This document shows, in pieces, positions 24,352-35,198 of a stretch of 64,000 bases of DNA. The notes below the pieces were generated by a model. That model was not told the origin of the DNA, did no database searches, and saw only the letters and a list, made by a program, of their open reading frames with translations. Source of the stretch: Zootoca vivipara. Its lineage: Eukaryota. The position numbers and the translations under genes were made by a program. The stretch is from positions 20,274,001-20,338,000 of the forward strand of contig NC_083283.1 of the NCBI RefSeq assembly GCF_963506605.1. The letters run 5' to 3'. Position 1 is the first letter of the stretch; each line of letters starts with the position of its first letter.

Positions 24352-26751
24352 AAACATCCTATTTAGTTGGGCCCCGAAGAACTACACTGTTCCAGGTACT
24401 GTTCACTTCCTTACTTGCTGTGAGCAGTCACATCAAGTTAATACTTCATGAATTAATTGGGGAAGCTAGAAGATGTAAATGAAGATAAAAATGATGGTGT
24501 GATCCTCTTGGACAAGGCCATGAAAAAGAGAGCAGCCAATGTATGTTTGAAGGTATGTATGAGCTAGCCAAAGATACTCTGATCTGGAGTATGCTACCAC
24601 ATACAAGTCATTATATTCCTTCTCCAAAATTTTTTATTAAACCCATTTCAAACTTATTTCTGCCTGTCACAATAANNNNNNNNNNNNNNNNNNNNNNNNN
24701 NNNNNNNNNNNNNNNNNNNNNNNNNNNNNNNNNNNNNNNNNNNNNNNNNNNNNNNNNNNNNNNNNNNNNNNNNNNNNNNNNNNNNNNNNNNNNNNNNNNN
24801 NNNNNNNNNNNNNNNNNNNNNNNNNNNNNNNNNNNNNNNNNNNNNNNNNNNNNNNNNNNNNNNNNNNNNNNNNNNNNNNNNNNNNNNTTGTTTAAATAAC
24901 TCCAATCCCGAGTCTTTTATTTCTGTGCCTTTTAAAATTCTACAATAGCATTCTCATTGCATAAAAGCAATATTTTTGTAGTTTACTACAATGAATGAAC
25001 ATTTTGCATGCATTGCTGCCCATGTTTCTCATTTGAATTTTAAAAAGTTACCACACGTAGTACTCTACGTAAATGGGGGGGGGGGGTTGACTCGTAAATG
25101 AGCACGACACTTTCTTTAATATTTGCTCCTATCCTCTCAAATAATGTTTGTATAAAATAGGTCAATGCAAATATATGTCCTTTTAAAAAAAATGCTGATT
25201 TTTATCCACCCACAAATACAAACAGTTCATTATTGCTGAGCTCAGGTTCATTCCCGTTCTGAGTCAGCATTTCAGGTGTTTGCCTAAATGTGGGATGTGA
25301 CAGGAACACAAACAACATCACAGCCTGTTTTAAATGCCTCTTCCATTATGGTTTAATGGGTACTGAGTTCTAATCCTAAAAAAGAAACAAAGCAAATGCA
25401 ATTTTCCCGTCCCAAACTAAATTTCAATGCACACTTTCTTTGATAAATATTGACTTGGGTGATGGAACTACCCTAAACCACCAATAGGGCTCAAATTGGG
25501 ACTTGACCTGTGACTAATGTCTATATATATATATACTCACGGCTTGAAATGAGTGGGAAACCTAATCATTCTGGCACCTCTAAGGCCAGATCCTGAAGTC
25601 ATGTTTTAGATGGAAAAGTCATTGCAATATGAACTATTAAAACAGCACACATTTGTTATACATATGTCATTATACAAGATCTGAGAGGGTTTCTGGAGAA
25701 TGCTGGTAGTTTTCTAGGAATACCTGAGAGCTCACTAAGCATCACAAAGTTATGTTCACCACACAAAAATGAAGGTAAAAAGCCATATATCAGGTGGTGA
25801 ATTTCCTATGTCAAAAATTAAGATGAGAATTTGCCTTAAACTTAATGTTTCGTTATGTTCATTGAAGCAAAACTAGTGGGAGTGTGTATGACCAATTAAG
25901 CCAATGGTGGATAACCTCTTGACACACTGGTCTAATGTGGGCCATCAGGCCACTTCTAAAAAGCTCTGCTCACCTGCCAGTTATATGGTTTGATTTGACA
26001 TCAACTCAATCATTTTATCTGCTCCTTCATTTTCTGTACCTTTTATGGAGAAGGAATTGAACAGGGCTCTACTCATTTTGGTCCCATCCACTACTAGACA
26101 ACCCCTGGAAGATTCATATGATCTGAATCCAGCAGTTAAGTCTGAAAGTTGTTCCGCATACCTGCATCAAGCCAAATGCTCTTTACCAGCCAAGTATAGT
26201 GATCTGCTCAAGCCGATGCCACAACACTCTCACTAGCCCCTGGGCTCTGCCAGTTATTTATTTGCAATCTTAGCCGAAACTAAGTAATGTTAACTGTCTA
26301 GTTCAAAATATGGATAAACCCAGCTTGTAGTAATGCTTGGATATATAGTATAAATTGATCATCATTTTTTTTCCCTGTGACTGCCTTCTACAGCTCAGAA
26401 TGAAAAATAAGATTCTGGACACACACTTTTAGTTCAAGCAGATTTTGAAAACAGCAGGGTGATATGACCCAATGCAGTCATTGTACACTCAAAAAAATAA
26501 AACAATGTTTATTCCAAGCATTCTCCAATTACATTCATCTTTGATAACCCAAAGTTGTGGGGAATTTGTCCAGCTGTAGCAGAAGCTGTAAGAATCAGGG
26601 AAAAAGGAGAGCAGGAAAAAATATTGGAGAGATTTGCTGCCAAAATTGGTGGAAGATGGAAGTACCTTCTGCTAATAGAAAAGTGCTTCTGAAGTCACAA
26701 GAACCTTCCTACCCACCTTTCTCACTCCCTCAAGGGTGAAAGAGTGGCAAG

Positions 26752-26753
<2 letters not shown>

Positions 26754-26796
<43 letters not shown>
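26754..26796. repeat. (GA)n microsatellite
   Basis: Direct inspection. Confidence 0.95.
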
Positions 26797-26800
<4 letters not shown>

Positions 26801-27841
26801 TTAAGCTTTCTTTCTGAAAAGTAACATGCTATTCTTGCTTCTAGCAATGCTTAACTTTTCTAGTTGGCACCAAGGTTCTATTCAATTTCGACACAGAGTC
26901 AGTGTCACCGAAAACCCAGCAACAGAACTGTCCAGTAGAGAATAATGATAATGACTTTAGTCAATACATTTAACAAAAAGAATTTTTTAGGGCCAAAGGG
27001 AAAGCACAAAATTCTTCTGGGATTTTTACCATCATTTGGTCTCACATTCATTTTTATTTTATTTTTTGCAGATAGCCATGCTAGCTTCATTAGAGGACTA
27101 GAACATCAATTCTCTCTTTAAGATCAAAGAAAAATACATTAGATAACACAGCTGAATCTCCAAGATAAAATATTAAGAAAAGTTTCAAACAGATTTCATG
27201 GTGAATCAAAATATAGATTGTAATTCACAAGGCAAGAAAAATGCAGGGTCTAAAGAAATTAAGAATGGTTGTGCTGCTTTTGAATAGAAATAGATCCATA
27301 ATAGCATCTGTATCAACTGATATACGTCTAATTGAAATTATCTTTGCACAACACTAAGGGACACTGATCTAACTGAGAACAGGGATGAGTGATTTTAAAG
27401 GGACATGCTATATGGTCTGACAATGTTCCTAGAAAACATGCTCAAATAATTTAAAAGAGAACCCTAATACCCACTGTCTTATTTTCAGATATTTCATGTC
27501 CACATGGCACTGGATCCTGTGTGTTGGAAGAAATTGCAATTGTGGTTTGGCTGTTATGGTTGTCAGGTCAAACATACAAGGCCAAAACATGCACATGATG
27601 CAACGAGTTGTATGTATGAACACTGGAATTAGGCTACGATGCTTGTTCTGCAAGGGCTGACTGTAATGTTAGGCTTTGGGAAATCTTGCCCCTCTTCTAA
27701 CTTGTCCATATAGTGTCTTCCATCACACCTTCATTTTGAGATGCTCAGCTGGTTTTTATATACATGCATCAGCATGGCTCCTTCTCGCCTGCACTCCACA
27801 CAAGCACATACCAACCCCCCATTACTTATTTGTAAGTAGTA

Positions 27842-28352
27842 TGTCAGGGTTGCACCGGACGAGCAGGAGTGGTGGCAAGGGCCCCTAGGTGAGGCAGCAA
27901 CCACGGAAGAGTCTGGGGGAAATGGAGGAATTTATACCTGGGGAAGACTGATGGCGGCACTCCTCAGATGAGGAAGAATCAGATAGGGAAGAGGGAAGAC
28001 CAGAACAGGACGAGGAAGAGTCCTCACTCAGGCCCTTGTGAGGAGAGGAGCCAGCGGGGCCCCTCCCCTCCTCCCTTCACAGCTGTAGAGCGTAGAGTTG
28101 AGAAAAGTAGGGAACAATTGGAGGCAGCTGCAGCTCATAAGAGGCATGCTGAGGAGCCAGCTACTTAAGGAAGGCCGGCTGCTCCCTTCGCCAGCACTTG
28201 CAACTGCTGTGCTGAAGTGCGTGGTTGTCCTTGCTTGTCCTGTTCCTGATTCCAGTGTTCCTGACTTTGGCTTCTCCTGACCCGGACTGTGGACCTAGGC
28301 TCCCTCTGCATCCGACTGCTGCCTTCAGCGTGAACCTGTTGGTGCCCTAACA
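27842..28352. mobile_element. Solo LTR (probably Gypsy-type), 511 bp
   Basis: Ends are TGTCAGGG...CCCTAACA (TG...CA, imperfect short inverted ends). Exact 5-bp TSD TAGTA (27837-27841, 28353-28357). GC-rich interior. Confidence 0.82.
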
Positions 28353-28359
28353 TAGTATT

Positions 28360-28900
28360 CCTGGCATACGTCTGTCGTGTGAGACAATGGAGTGCGCCTC
28401 TGGAGAATCACAGTGCCTGCTATGGCTGCAGAGATAGGTAACTTGTAACTGGTGGCTCCCATGCTGTTTTTGCTCAGCTAGCAGCACCAAATGGACTTCT
28501 CCTAGGCGCAAGTGAGAGCCAGTGTGGTGTTAAGAGTGGTAGTCTCGTAATCTGGAGAACCGGGTTCGCGTCTTCGCTCCTCCACATGCAGCTGCTGGGT
28601 AACCTTGGGCTAGTCACACTTCTCTGAAATCTCTCAGCCCCACCCACCTCACAGGGTTTCTGTTGTGGGGGAGGAGGGGAAATGAGATTGTTAGCTGCTT
28701 TGAGACTACTTCAGGTAGTGATAAAGTGGGATATCAAATCCAAACTCTTCTTTTTCTTCAAGTATGGGCAGCGCTGGGTTGCCCAGACAACAGGATCCCT
28801 CCTCTCTCAACCTCACTGATGTGGGGACCAAAGGTGAATGAACTACCCCAGAAGAAGCACAATGTGTCCCTCACCAGAGGCACTACCCCTCTCCTAACAC
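28360..28900 (+). mobile_element. Old RTE-like 5'-region remnant interrupted by the SINE
   Basis: gacaatggagtgcgcctc and ggcgcaag...gggttgcccagacaac resemble RTE 5' UTR motifs (from memory); the sequence reads through across the SINE. Confidence 0.35.
28514..28758 (+). mobile_element. tRNA-derived CORE-like squamate SINE (Squam3-like) with CTT-rich tail
   Basis: Head gagagccagtgtggtg...ccgggttcg has A/B boxes; CORE-like body accttgggctagtcac...ctcagccccacccacctcacagggt; flanking CAAGT duplication (28509-28513, 28759-28763). Confidence 0.75.
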
Positions 28901-30441
28901 CCCATAGGTAGTATAAATACTACTTAAGTACCTATGCACCCAGATGCCATTTTCTGCCTTAATTCCTCTTCTATTTTAGCTACCTCATTTCCAGTCAGAA
29001 AACATGGCACACAGCAATCGGGGACTTGAGACGCTGTGCCACTGTTTCAGTGATCCCAATAAAGTAATGGCCAGTTTGGTGTGTGACACTTTTAATATGA
29101 ATATTCAGAGAACTTCCTGCAGCACAAATCACTGTAGGAAAACATATGTTTTGCCATAACAATGTGTGAAGTGCCTGGCGCTGATTCTTAATTATTGGTT
29201 AACCCATTAAGAATAAGACTTCTGTATTCCCAGATTCCATCATTTTAATTCCTTCAAAGATTAAACCATGGGAGTGAAAATAAAAATAAAAAATGGGTGT
29301 GAAATATTTTGAACATAATTCCAAGCTCCAAACCTGGCTTAGGACCACATATCCATGATTTTGTGAAAATATCAGTTATTCTTGTAACTATATCTATAGA
29401 AGTCCCTGCAATTTGTACATCTAAATCCAAAGCTTCGATCTGAGTGTGACTACTATGAGGAACTTCTGAAATAGGCAGATGGTTAAACAAAAAACAAAAA
29501 ACAACCCCAAACCTGAGGCTGTGTTTTTCTGGTGAGGAAAATGAGACGTAAATGTTCAAAACAAAATCTCACATTTGAGATGTTTTCCTTTGTCATCAAG
29601 ATAAAAGCAATTGGCCAGATCCGCTTTGTCACTGCAGCCAAACAGACTCTACCCTGAGCCCTGAAGCAGAACAAAAGCTGTTTTGGTGGAAACAATCCAC
29701 ACTTGTTTCTGAACCAATTCCTTTTAAACGATGCAGCCCAAAATGCACGCAATGAGGGGTAGGAAGTCCAGAATGTCCAAGGAAACTTTGAATCAGCATA
29801 ATGTCTTGGGGCTACAATTCTGAAGGAAGTCCTCTAAAATTAAAGCTGCCTCTTCCAAAAGGAAAGGAGCCCTAAAGGGGAATAGGTAATGGGGGAAAAC
29901 ACTTGCCTCACCTCAGGAAAAGTCTGAGCTAGTGTTGAATCAGCCAGCATTTTCATCTCAGAGTGCCAAAGATAGTCCAAAGTAGTCCAAACAGATGAAA
30001 ACCCAAAATATCCCTTGTTTAAATGATTGCATATTTCATATTACCAAGTGAAAACTGCTAAAAGCCCCTAAGAATGTTAAGGAAATTAGGTGCTTCCTAA
30101 CACAACGGTCCAACTTTTGTGATGATTTTTGAATTTTCTTTTGCTTTTAATAATAATACAATGGCTCAAGATTTAGGAATACCAATACCTGTGCAATAAA
30201 ATACATTCAGCCTTCTGATTCTAATGGCACCTTCAATCTTCTGTGGTAAAGAAAAACAAAACGAAAGGACATGGATGGCATAATTAATCTACAATTACTC
30301 TCTGATCACAGCGAATCAGGATTTGCTATGAAACTAGTATTTTTTATTGTGTCGCCATAGAAGCAACCTGCAAGAGTCAGTAGTGTTGGCATGGGAAGTA
30401 ACCACATAATCTGTCTTTGCCATGTGTTCTTGGAGAAGCAT

Positions 30442-30720
30442 AGAAAGAACATAAAATGAAAAAATAAAAATAAAAGAGTCCTCCTGGATCAGACCTAGTT
30501 AAACAACCTGTTTCCAATAATGGCCAGCCAGCCAGTTTGAGGAAGTCCTACAAAACAGTAAATGAACACCCCTGGTGCAGTTTGACCCCCCAAAGCAACT
30601 GGGGTGTTGTTGTTAGAAAAGGCATACACTGCCTCTGGATATTGAGGTTTCATTTTTCTATCCTGGGTTATAGATGTTGCTAGATCTCTCCTCTATGACT
30701 TTGTATAACTTCCCTTTAAG
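30442..30720 (-). mobile_element. Old CR1 LINE 3' fragment (continues at about 34021-34170)
   Basis: agaacataa...ctggatcagacc is a reverse-complemented CR1 tail. The sequence after the nested insertions (agaactatgcacagtaatccagg...aggccatac) continues the CR1-like sequence. Confidence 0.55.
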
Positions 30721-31399
30721 CTTGACTGGCTGCAAAGGCGGACACCCAAAAACTGCATGCCATGCACCCGGCAATGGCCATCTGCTGGTCCAAACTCCTG
30801 CTCTGCTTGTGTTGGAGAGGGGCAAGTAGGTCCTCATGCATCAATTACGTGGTACAAAAAATCAACAGGGCCATGCTTAATACTATGTGCCAAATTGGTG
30901 GCGTCTCTATCCCCCACCCAAGCATGAGAGTGGACAATGCAGGTGTCTTCAGTGCAGATGGAGTGCATCTGACTCCTCTGGGTAATGAACACTGGCTGTG
31001 CGATGTGCGCCAAGGCCTCAAGGATTGGCTGGACAGCAGGCTAGATCTCTCCACTACTTGAGTTGAGTTTTCAGGGCTTGGACCAAGGGAGGGTTGCTTT
31101 TCAGCTGTAGGTTTCTTGGCAGGGCCTCGGGTGGCAGTTTTTGGGTGGTGTTAGGTATCTTTATCTTTGAGTTGGAGGGGAGCATCTCATGCACCCCCAT
31201 GTGGCAGCATTTGTAGGGCCCGTTAAAGGGTGATTGCAGGAGTCACTGGCCCTAGAGCGTCGGCAAGTAGGTCAGACTCCCAACGTAGGTGCAGTGGGTG
31301 GGCACGCTGTGTAAGTTCACGCTTTACAGTTTCCTCACACAGCATCTGTTTGCTCTGCACATCCTCAGCCCCCGGCGGGTTGAGAGGGATACTTTCCAA

Positions 31400-32696
31400 T
31401 TAAGAAGAGGATAATTACCATAAACATGGAAAGAGGCATTTATTGCATTAATACCCAAACCAGACTCTGATTTATTACAAGTGAAGAATTATGGGCCGAT
31501 TTCATGGTTAAATAATGATTATAAACTGTTTGCAAGCATTTTGGCAAATAGATTGAAAAAAGTATTGAATGAAATAATACATAAGGACCAAGCAGGCTTT
31601 CTTCCTGGCTGACAGATGAAAGACAATATAAGGAATATTGTGAATATTATTGAATATTTGACAGTCAGGAATGAAAAGCAAGCGGCATTAATTTTTGTGG
31701 ATGCAGAGAAGGCCTTTGATAAAATATCTTGGGAGTTTATGGTAAAGAATCTGGAATTAATGGATATTAGACAATTGTTTATAAAAGAAATAAAAGCGAT
31801 ATATTCCAATCAAAAAGCAAAATTGATAATAAACACTGTAATAACAGAAAATATTGAAATTACGAAAGGTACAAGTACAAGGGTACAAGGGTATCCATTG
31901 TTACCATTATTATTCATATCGGTACCGGAAGTCTTCCTATGGACTATAAGGGAAAATGAAAAAATAAAAGGAATCTCAGTTGGTCAGAAGGAGTACAAAG
32001 TGAAAGCCTTTGCGGATGACTTGGTTTTAACAATGGAAGAACCATTAACCAGTGCTAAAGAAGTATTAGAAGAAATAAAACAATTTGGACAAGTAGCAGG
32101 TTTTAAATTAAATAAAAAGAAAACTAAAATGCTAGTTAAAAATATGAAACAAGATCTGGTGGATATGTTGCAACAGCAGAAAGGTATAGAAGCAGAAAAA
32201 AGTTAAATATTTAGGAATTTGGTTAACATCAAAGATTATAGATTTATTCCAAAACAATTATACACCAATGTGGAATGGAATTAAGAGAGATCGGGAAGTA
32301 TGAGGACGGATGCAACTATCCCTATGGGGTAGGATATCTGTTATCAAAATGAATGTGCTACCAAAAATGATATTTTTGTTTCAATCAATTCCAATAATCA
32401 AGGGGCAGCTATATTTAAGGAGTGGCAGAAAATAATTTCAAGATATATCTGGCAGGGGAAGAAGCAAGAATTAAATTTTTTACCTATGTTATTTAAACTG
32501 TATTAAGGATGTATTCTTAGTTTTAGATATTGATTTATGTCGAAATTGTTTTCTATTCGGTTGTGTATTTTTTGATGTGGTTTATGTATTGTTTGTGACT
32601 TTTGTAATTGTGCTATTGCTGTATTGTTGTGATATTCGACTGGAAGCCGCCCAGAGTGGCTGGGGAGACTCAGCCAGATGGGCGGGGTACAAATAA

Positions 32697-32740
<44 letters not shown>

Positions 32741-33869
32741 ATTTAAACTGTTAATGGATACTAAAGAAAGAGGGGGCTTCGCCTTACCAGCTAAATATGA
32801 GTAAAAAGTGGGTTACATATGAAAAATTAGTAAGAGAAGAAGGGAGTAATTGGAAAATCAAACCTTATGAAAAGGTAAAAGAATATGTAAATGACTGGTT
32901 GCACTATTGCCAAATTAATGAAATGTTTAAAGAGGATTTAAAGAAAAAAGGATTTCGTTATATTAAATCAAAATTTGAATTGGAAATATTGAATAAAATT
33001 TTTAAAATATTGTCTAAAATGTATAAATTGCTGTTGGAATTTGAAAGATGAAGAGGTAAAGTCGGTCATGATACATTGGGCCAAAGATTTTGGTTATAAT
33101 ATACAATTAAAAGCCTGGGAGAAATTGTGGAAAGAAGGAATAAAATTTATAGCATGCAATGCTTTGAAAGAAAATGTGATGAAAATGATGTATAGATGGT
33201 ATATTACACCAGTGAAATTAGCTAAAATGTTGGAAATGTAAGGAAAAAGAAGGTACTTTTTATCACTTGTGGTGGGAATGTAAGAAGGTGAAAAGTTTTT
33301 GGGAAATGATATATAATGAGATGAAAAAGATGTTGAAATATACATATATATATATAAAACCAGAAGATGTTAACAGACAAGATAACAAACTGTTCTTATA
33401 TGTGACAACAGCAGCAAGAGTATTATTGACACAGAAATGGAAGCAGGAAGAGCTACCGACGAAAGAGGAGTGGCAGATGAAATTAATGGACTATGCAGAA
33501 CTGGATCAGATGACAGCGAGAATCCGAAGCCGGCGGGACCAGAAATTCTTGGAAGATTGAAGTAAATATGCAAACTATTTGAAAAACAATTGTGATCAAT
33601 TGACTACGCTTGTAGGATTACAAGAAGTTTTGTAAGGAGAACTATATGAAATATTGCAGGGGAAATTTATGAGAATGGATTATAAATTATGGACTATTAA
33701 AAGTAATAGCGAAAATAATGAAATGTAAGGCTAAGTGATGAAGGTTGAAAATCATTAGACGTGGTTGATGGAAGTCCTAGGCTTATAGCCAAAATGTTGT
33801 ATAAGCTGAGAGGAGATGTTTTGTTTGGAAAATATATATATAAAGTAAAAAAAAAATTTTTTTTTTAAA
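31400..33869 (+). mobile_element. 5'-truncated L1-clade LINE (reverse transcriptase domain to 3' UTR)
   Basis: RT motifs FVDAEKAFDKI, QGYPLLPLLF, KAFADDLV and C-terminal MMYRWYITPVK. 18-bp TSD gagagggatact(t/a)tccaa at 31382-31399 and 33870-33887. Confidence 0.93.
32479..32735 (+). mobile_element. L2-type 3'-end insertion with (TTA)n tail inside the L1
   Basis: gccgcccagagtggctgggg...gccagatgggcggggt plus (TTA)n. TSD ATTAAATTT at 32470-32478 and 32736-32744; removing the insert restores the L1 peptide RIKFKLLMDTKERGG. Confidence 0.85.
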
Positions 33870-34694
33870 GAGAGGGATACTATCCAAGGCCTATGCCAAA
33901 TTTCCTGCATCTGAAATTCAATAAAGTTGTGGCCTAATTTGAACCCATACCTTGGTGTCTAGTCTCTTTCTTGTGGGGGGAAGCTCCAAGGACAGGGGTT
34001 TTAGCGTGTGGGCTCGCAATTCCCTTTTTGGGGGACAGAGCAGCTAGAACTATGCACAGTAATCCAGGTAAGGCCATACAATATATTTAAATAAGGGTGT
34101 TATTATACTAGCCATTTTATTTTCAATCTGTTTCCTAATAATCCCAACTTTGGGATTTGCCTTATTTAATTCAGTTGGTTGGGGGTGGGAGTATGAAGAA
34201 TATTTTGAATCTGTTTGACCAATTAATGCTTTTCCTACATTTTTCTACCTCACTGCTACTTAATATTTATTACTGCTCATTCAGGTAACAGGCACCATCT
34301 TCAAAATCCTTCATCACTTTCTGCTGTTCTTACCTTCATAACAACCCTGTGAAAAAGCATACTGCTATGCTACTTTGAGAACTGTGGCATTCCCATCCAG
34401 AATAATATGGCATCTTCTATCTTAGGGTGGCAAAAGTGGGACTTGAACTCAGATCTCCTAGATTGGTCCATTTATCCCATTAGGAATACAGATGAAGTTC
34501 TTGGAACTCAAGTCCAGAAACAAATTTCATGGACTTGTAAAAGCCTGCTTTAAAGAAGAGGTAAATTTTATAAACCCTGAAATTGGAGCCATAAAATAAT
34601 TCCTAATTTCCTTCCCACCCTGATCTGCAAAATACCCTCTCTTCCAGGCCACATGTCCCAAAACACTCTCCCCCGAAAAAAGCCAGACATTACA

Positions 34695-34822
34695 GAAGCT
34701 TTCCTCAACTTTGGGTCTCCAGATGTCGCTGGACCCATTAACTCTAAGCATTGGCCATACCAGCTGGGGATTATGGGATTTGCAGTGCAACAGCATCTGG
34801 GAACCAAAGGCTGGGGAAGACT
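34695..34822. mobile_element. Degraded palindromic hAT-type MITE
   Basis: ttcctcaactttgggtctccagatg...catctgggaaccaaaggctggggaag form inverted arms; same family as 63294-63424. Confidence 0.55.
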
Positions 34823-34990
34823 CTCTTACTGGGTGGCAGTGGTGGGGACAGGTACTGGCATGTGAGGAGAGGGAAATGGGAGCCCTCTAGCTTTGCCCTG
34901 TGTATCTCGTTCCTTCGGTGCCCTGTTACACAACACACCAGGTGTAAGACTTCGTATGGCAAAGCTATGGAAGAACTACTGCAACGTAAG

Positions 34991-35198
34991 CATAGCTGTC
35001 AACTTTTGGATTTGAAAATAAGGGATCAGCAGCAGCCTCACCTGTCCCAGGGACAGTCTACGGTATATCTAACAATCCAGGATAGCAGCGGGGAACGGTG
35101 CTGGAATAAGGGAATTTCCGGCAAAAAAAGGGAAGGCTGACAGCTGTGGCTTGGAATAAGGGAGTTTCCCGCAAAAAAAGGGAGGGTTGACAGCTATG
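34991..35198. mobile_element. hAT-like MITE with TIR CATAGCTGTCAAC and a tandem duplication of the right subterminal unit
   Basis: catagctgtcaac...gttgacagctatg. Two copies of ggaataaggga(a/g)tttcc(g/c)gcaaaaaaaggga. The TSD matches only weakly (5/8). Confidence 0.7.

Larger units (their letters stand above)
30721..34020 (+). mobile_element. 3' part of a Ngaro/DIRS-like retrotransposon with a degenerate SGNH-hydrolase ORF, split by an L1 insertion
   Basis: ORF 30762-31061 reads ICWSKLL...WRGA...KINRAM...IPHPSM...VFSADGVHLTPLG (SGNH block V, DxxH). The sequence resumes after the L1 with aataaagttgtggcc. Confidence 0.6.

Noticed and set aside
30710-34027. TTCCCTTT at both ends of the Ngaro-like element as a possible TSD
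   Set aside because: The two copies appear to match different parts of the host CR1 (a deletion between them), and DIRS-type elements generally make no TSD.
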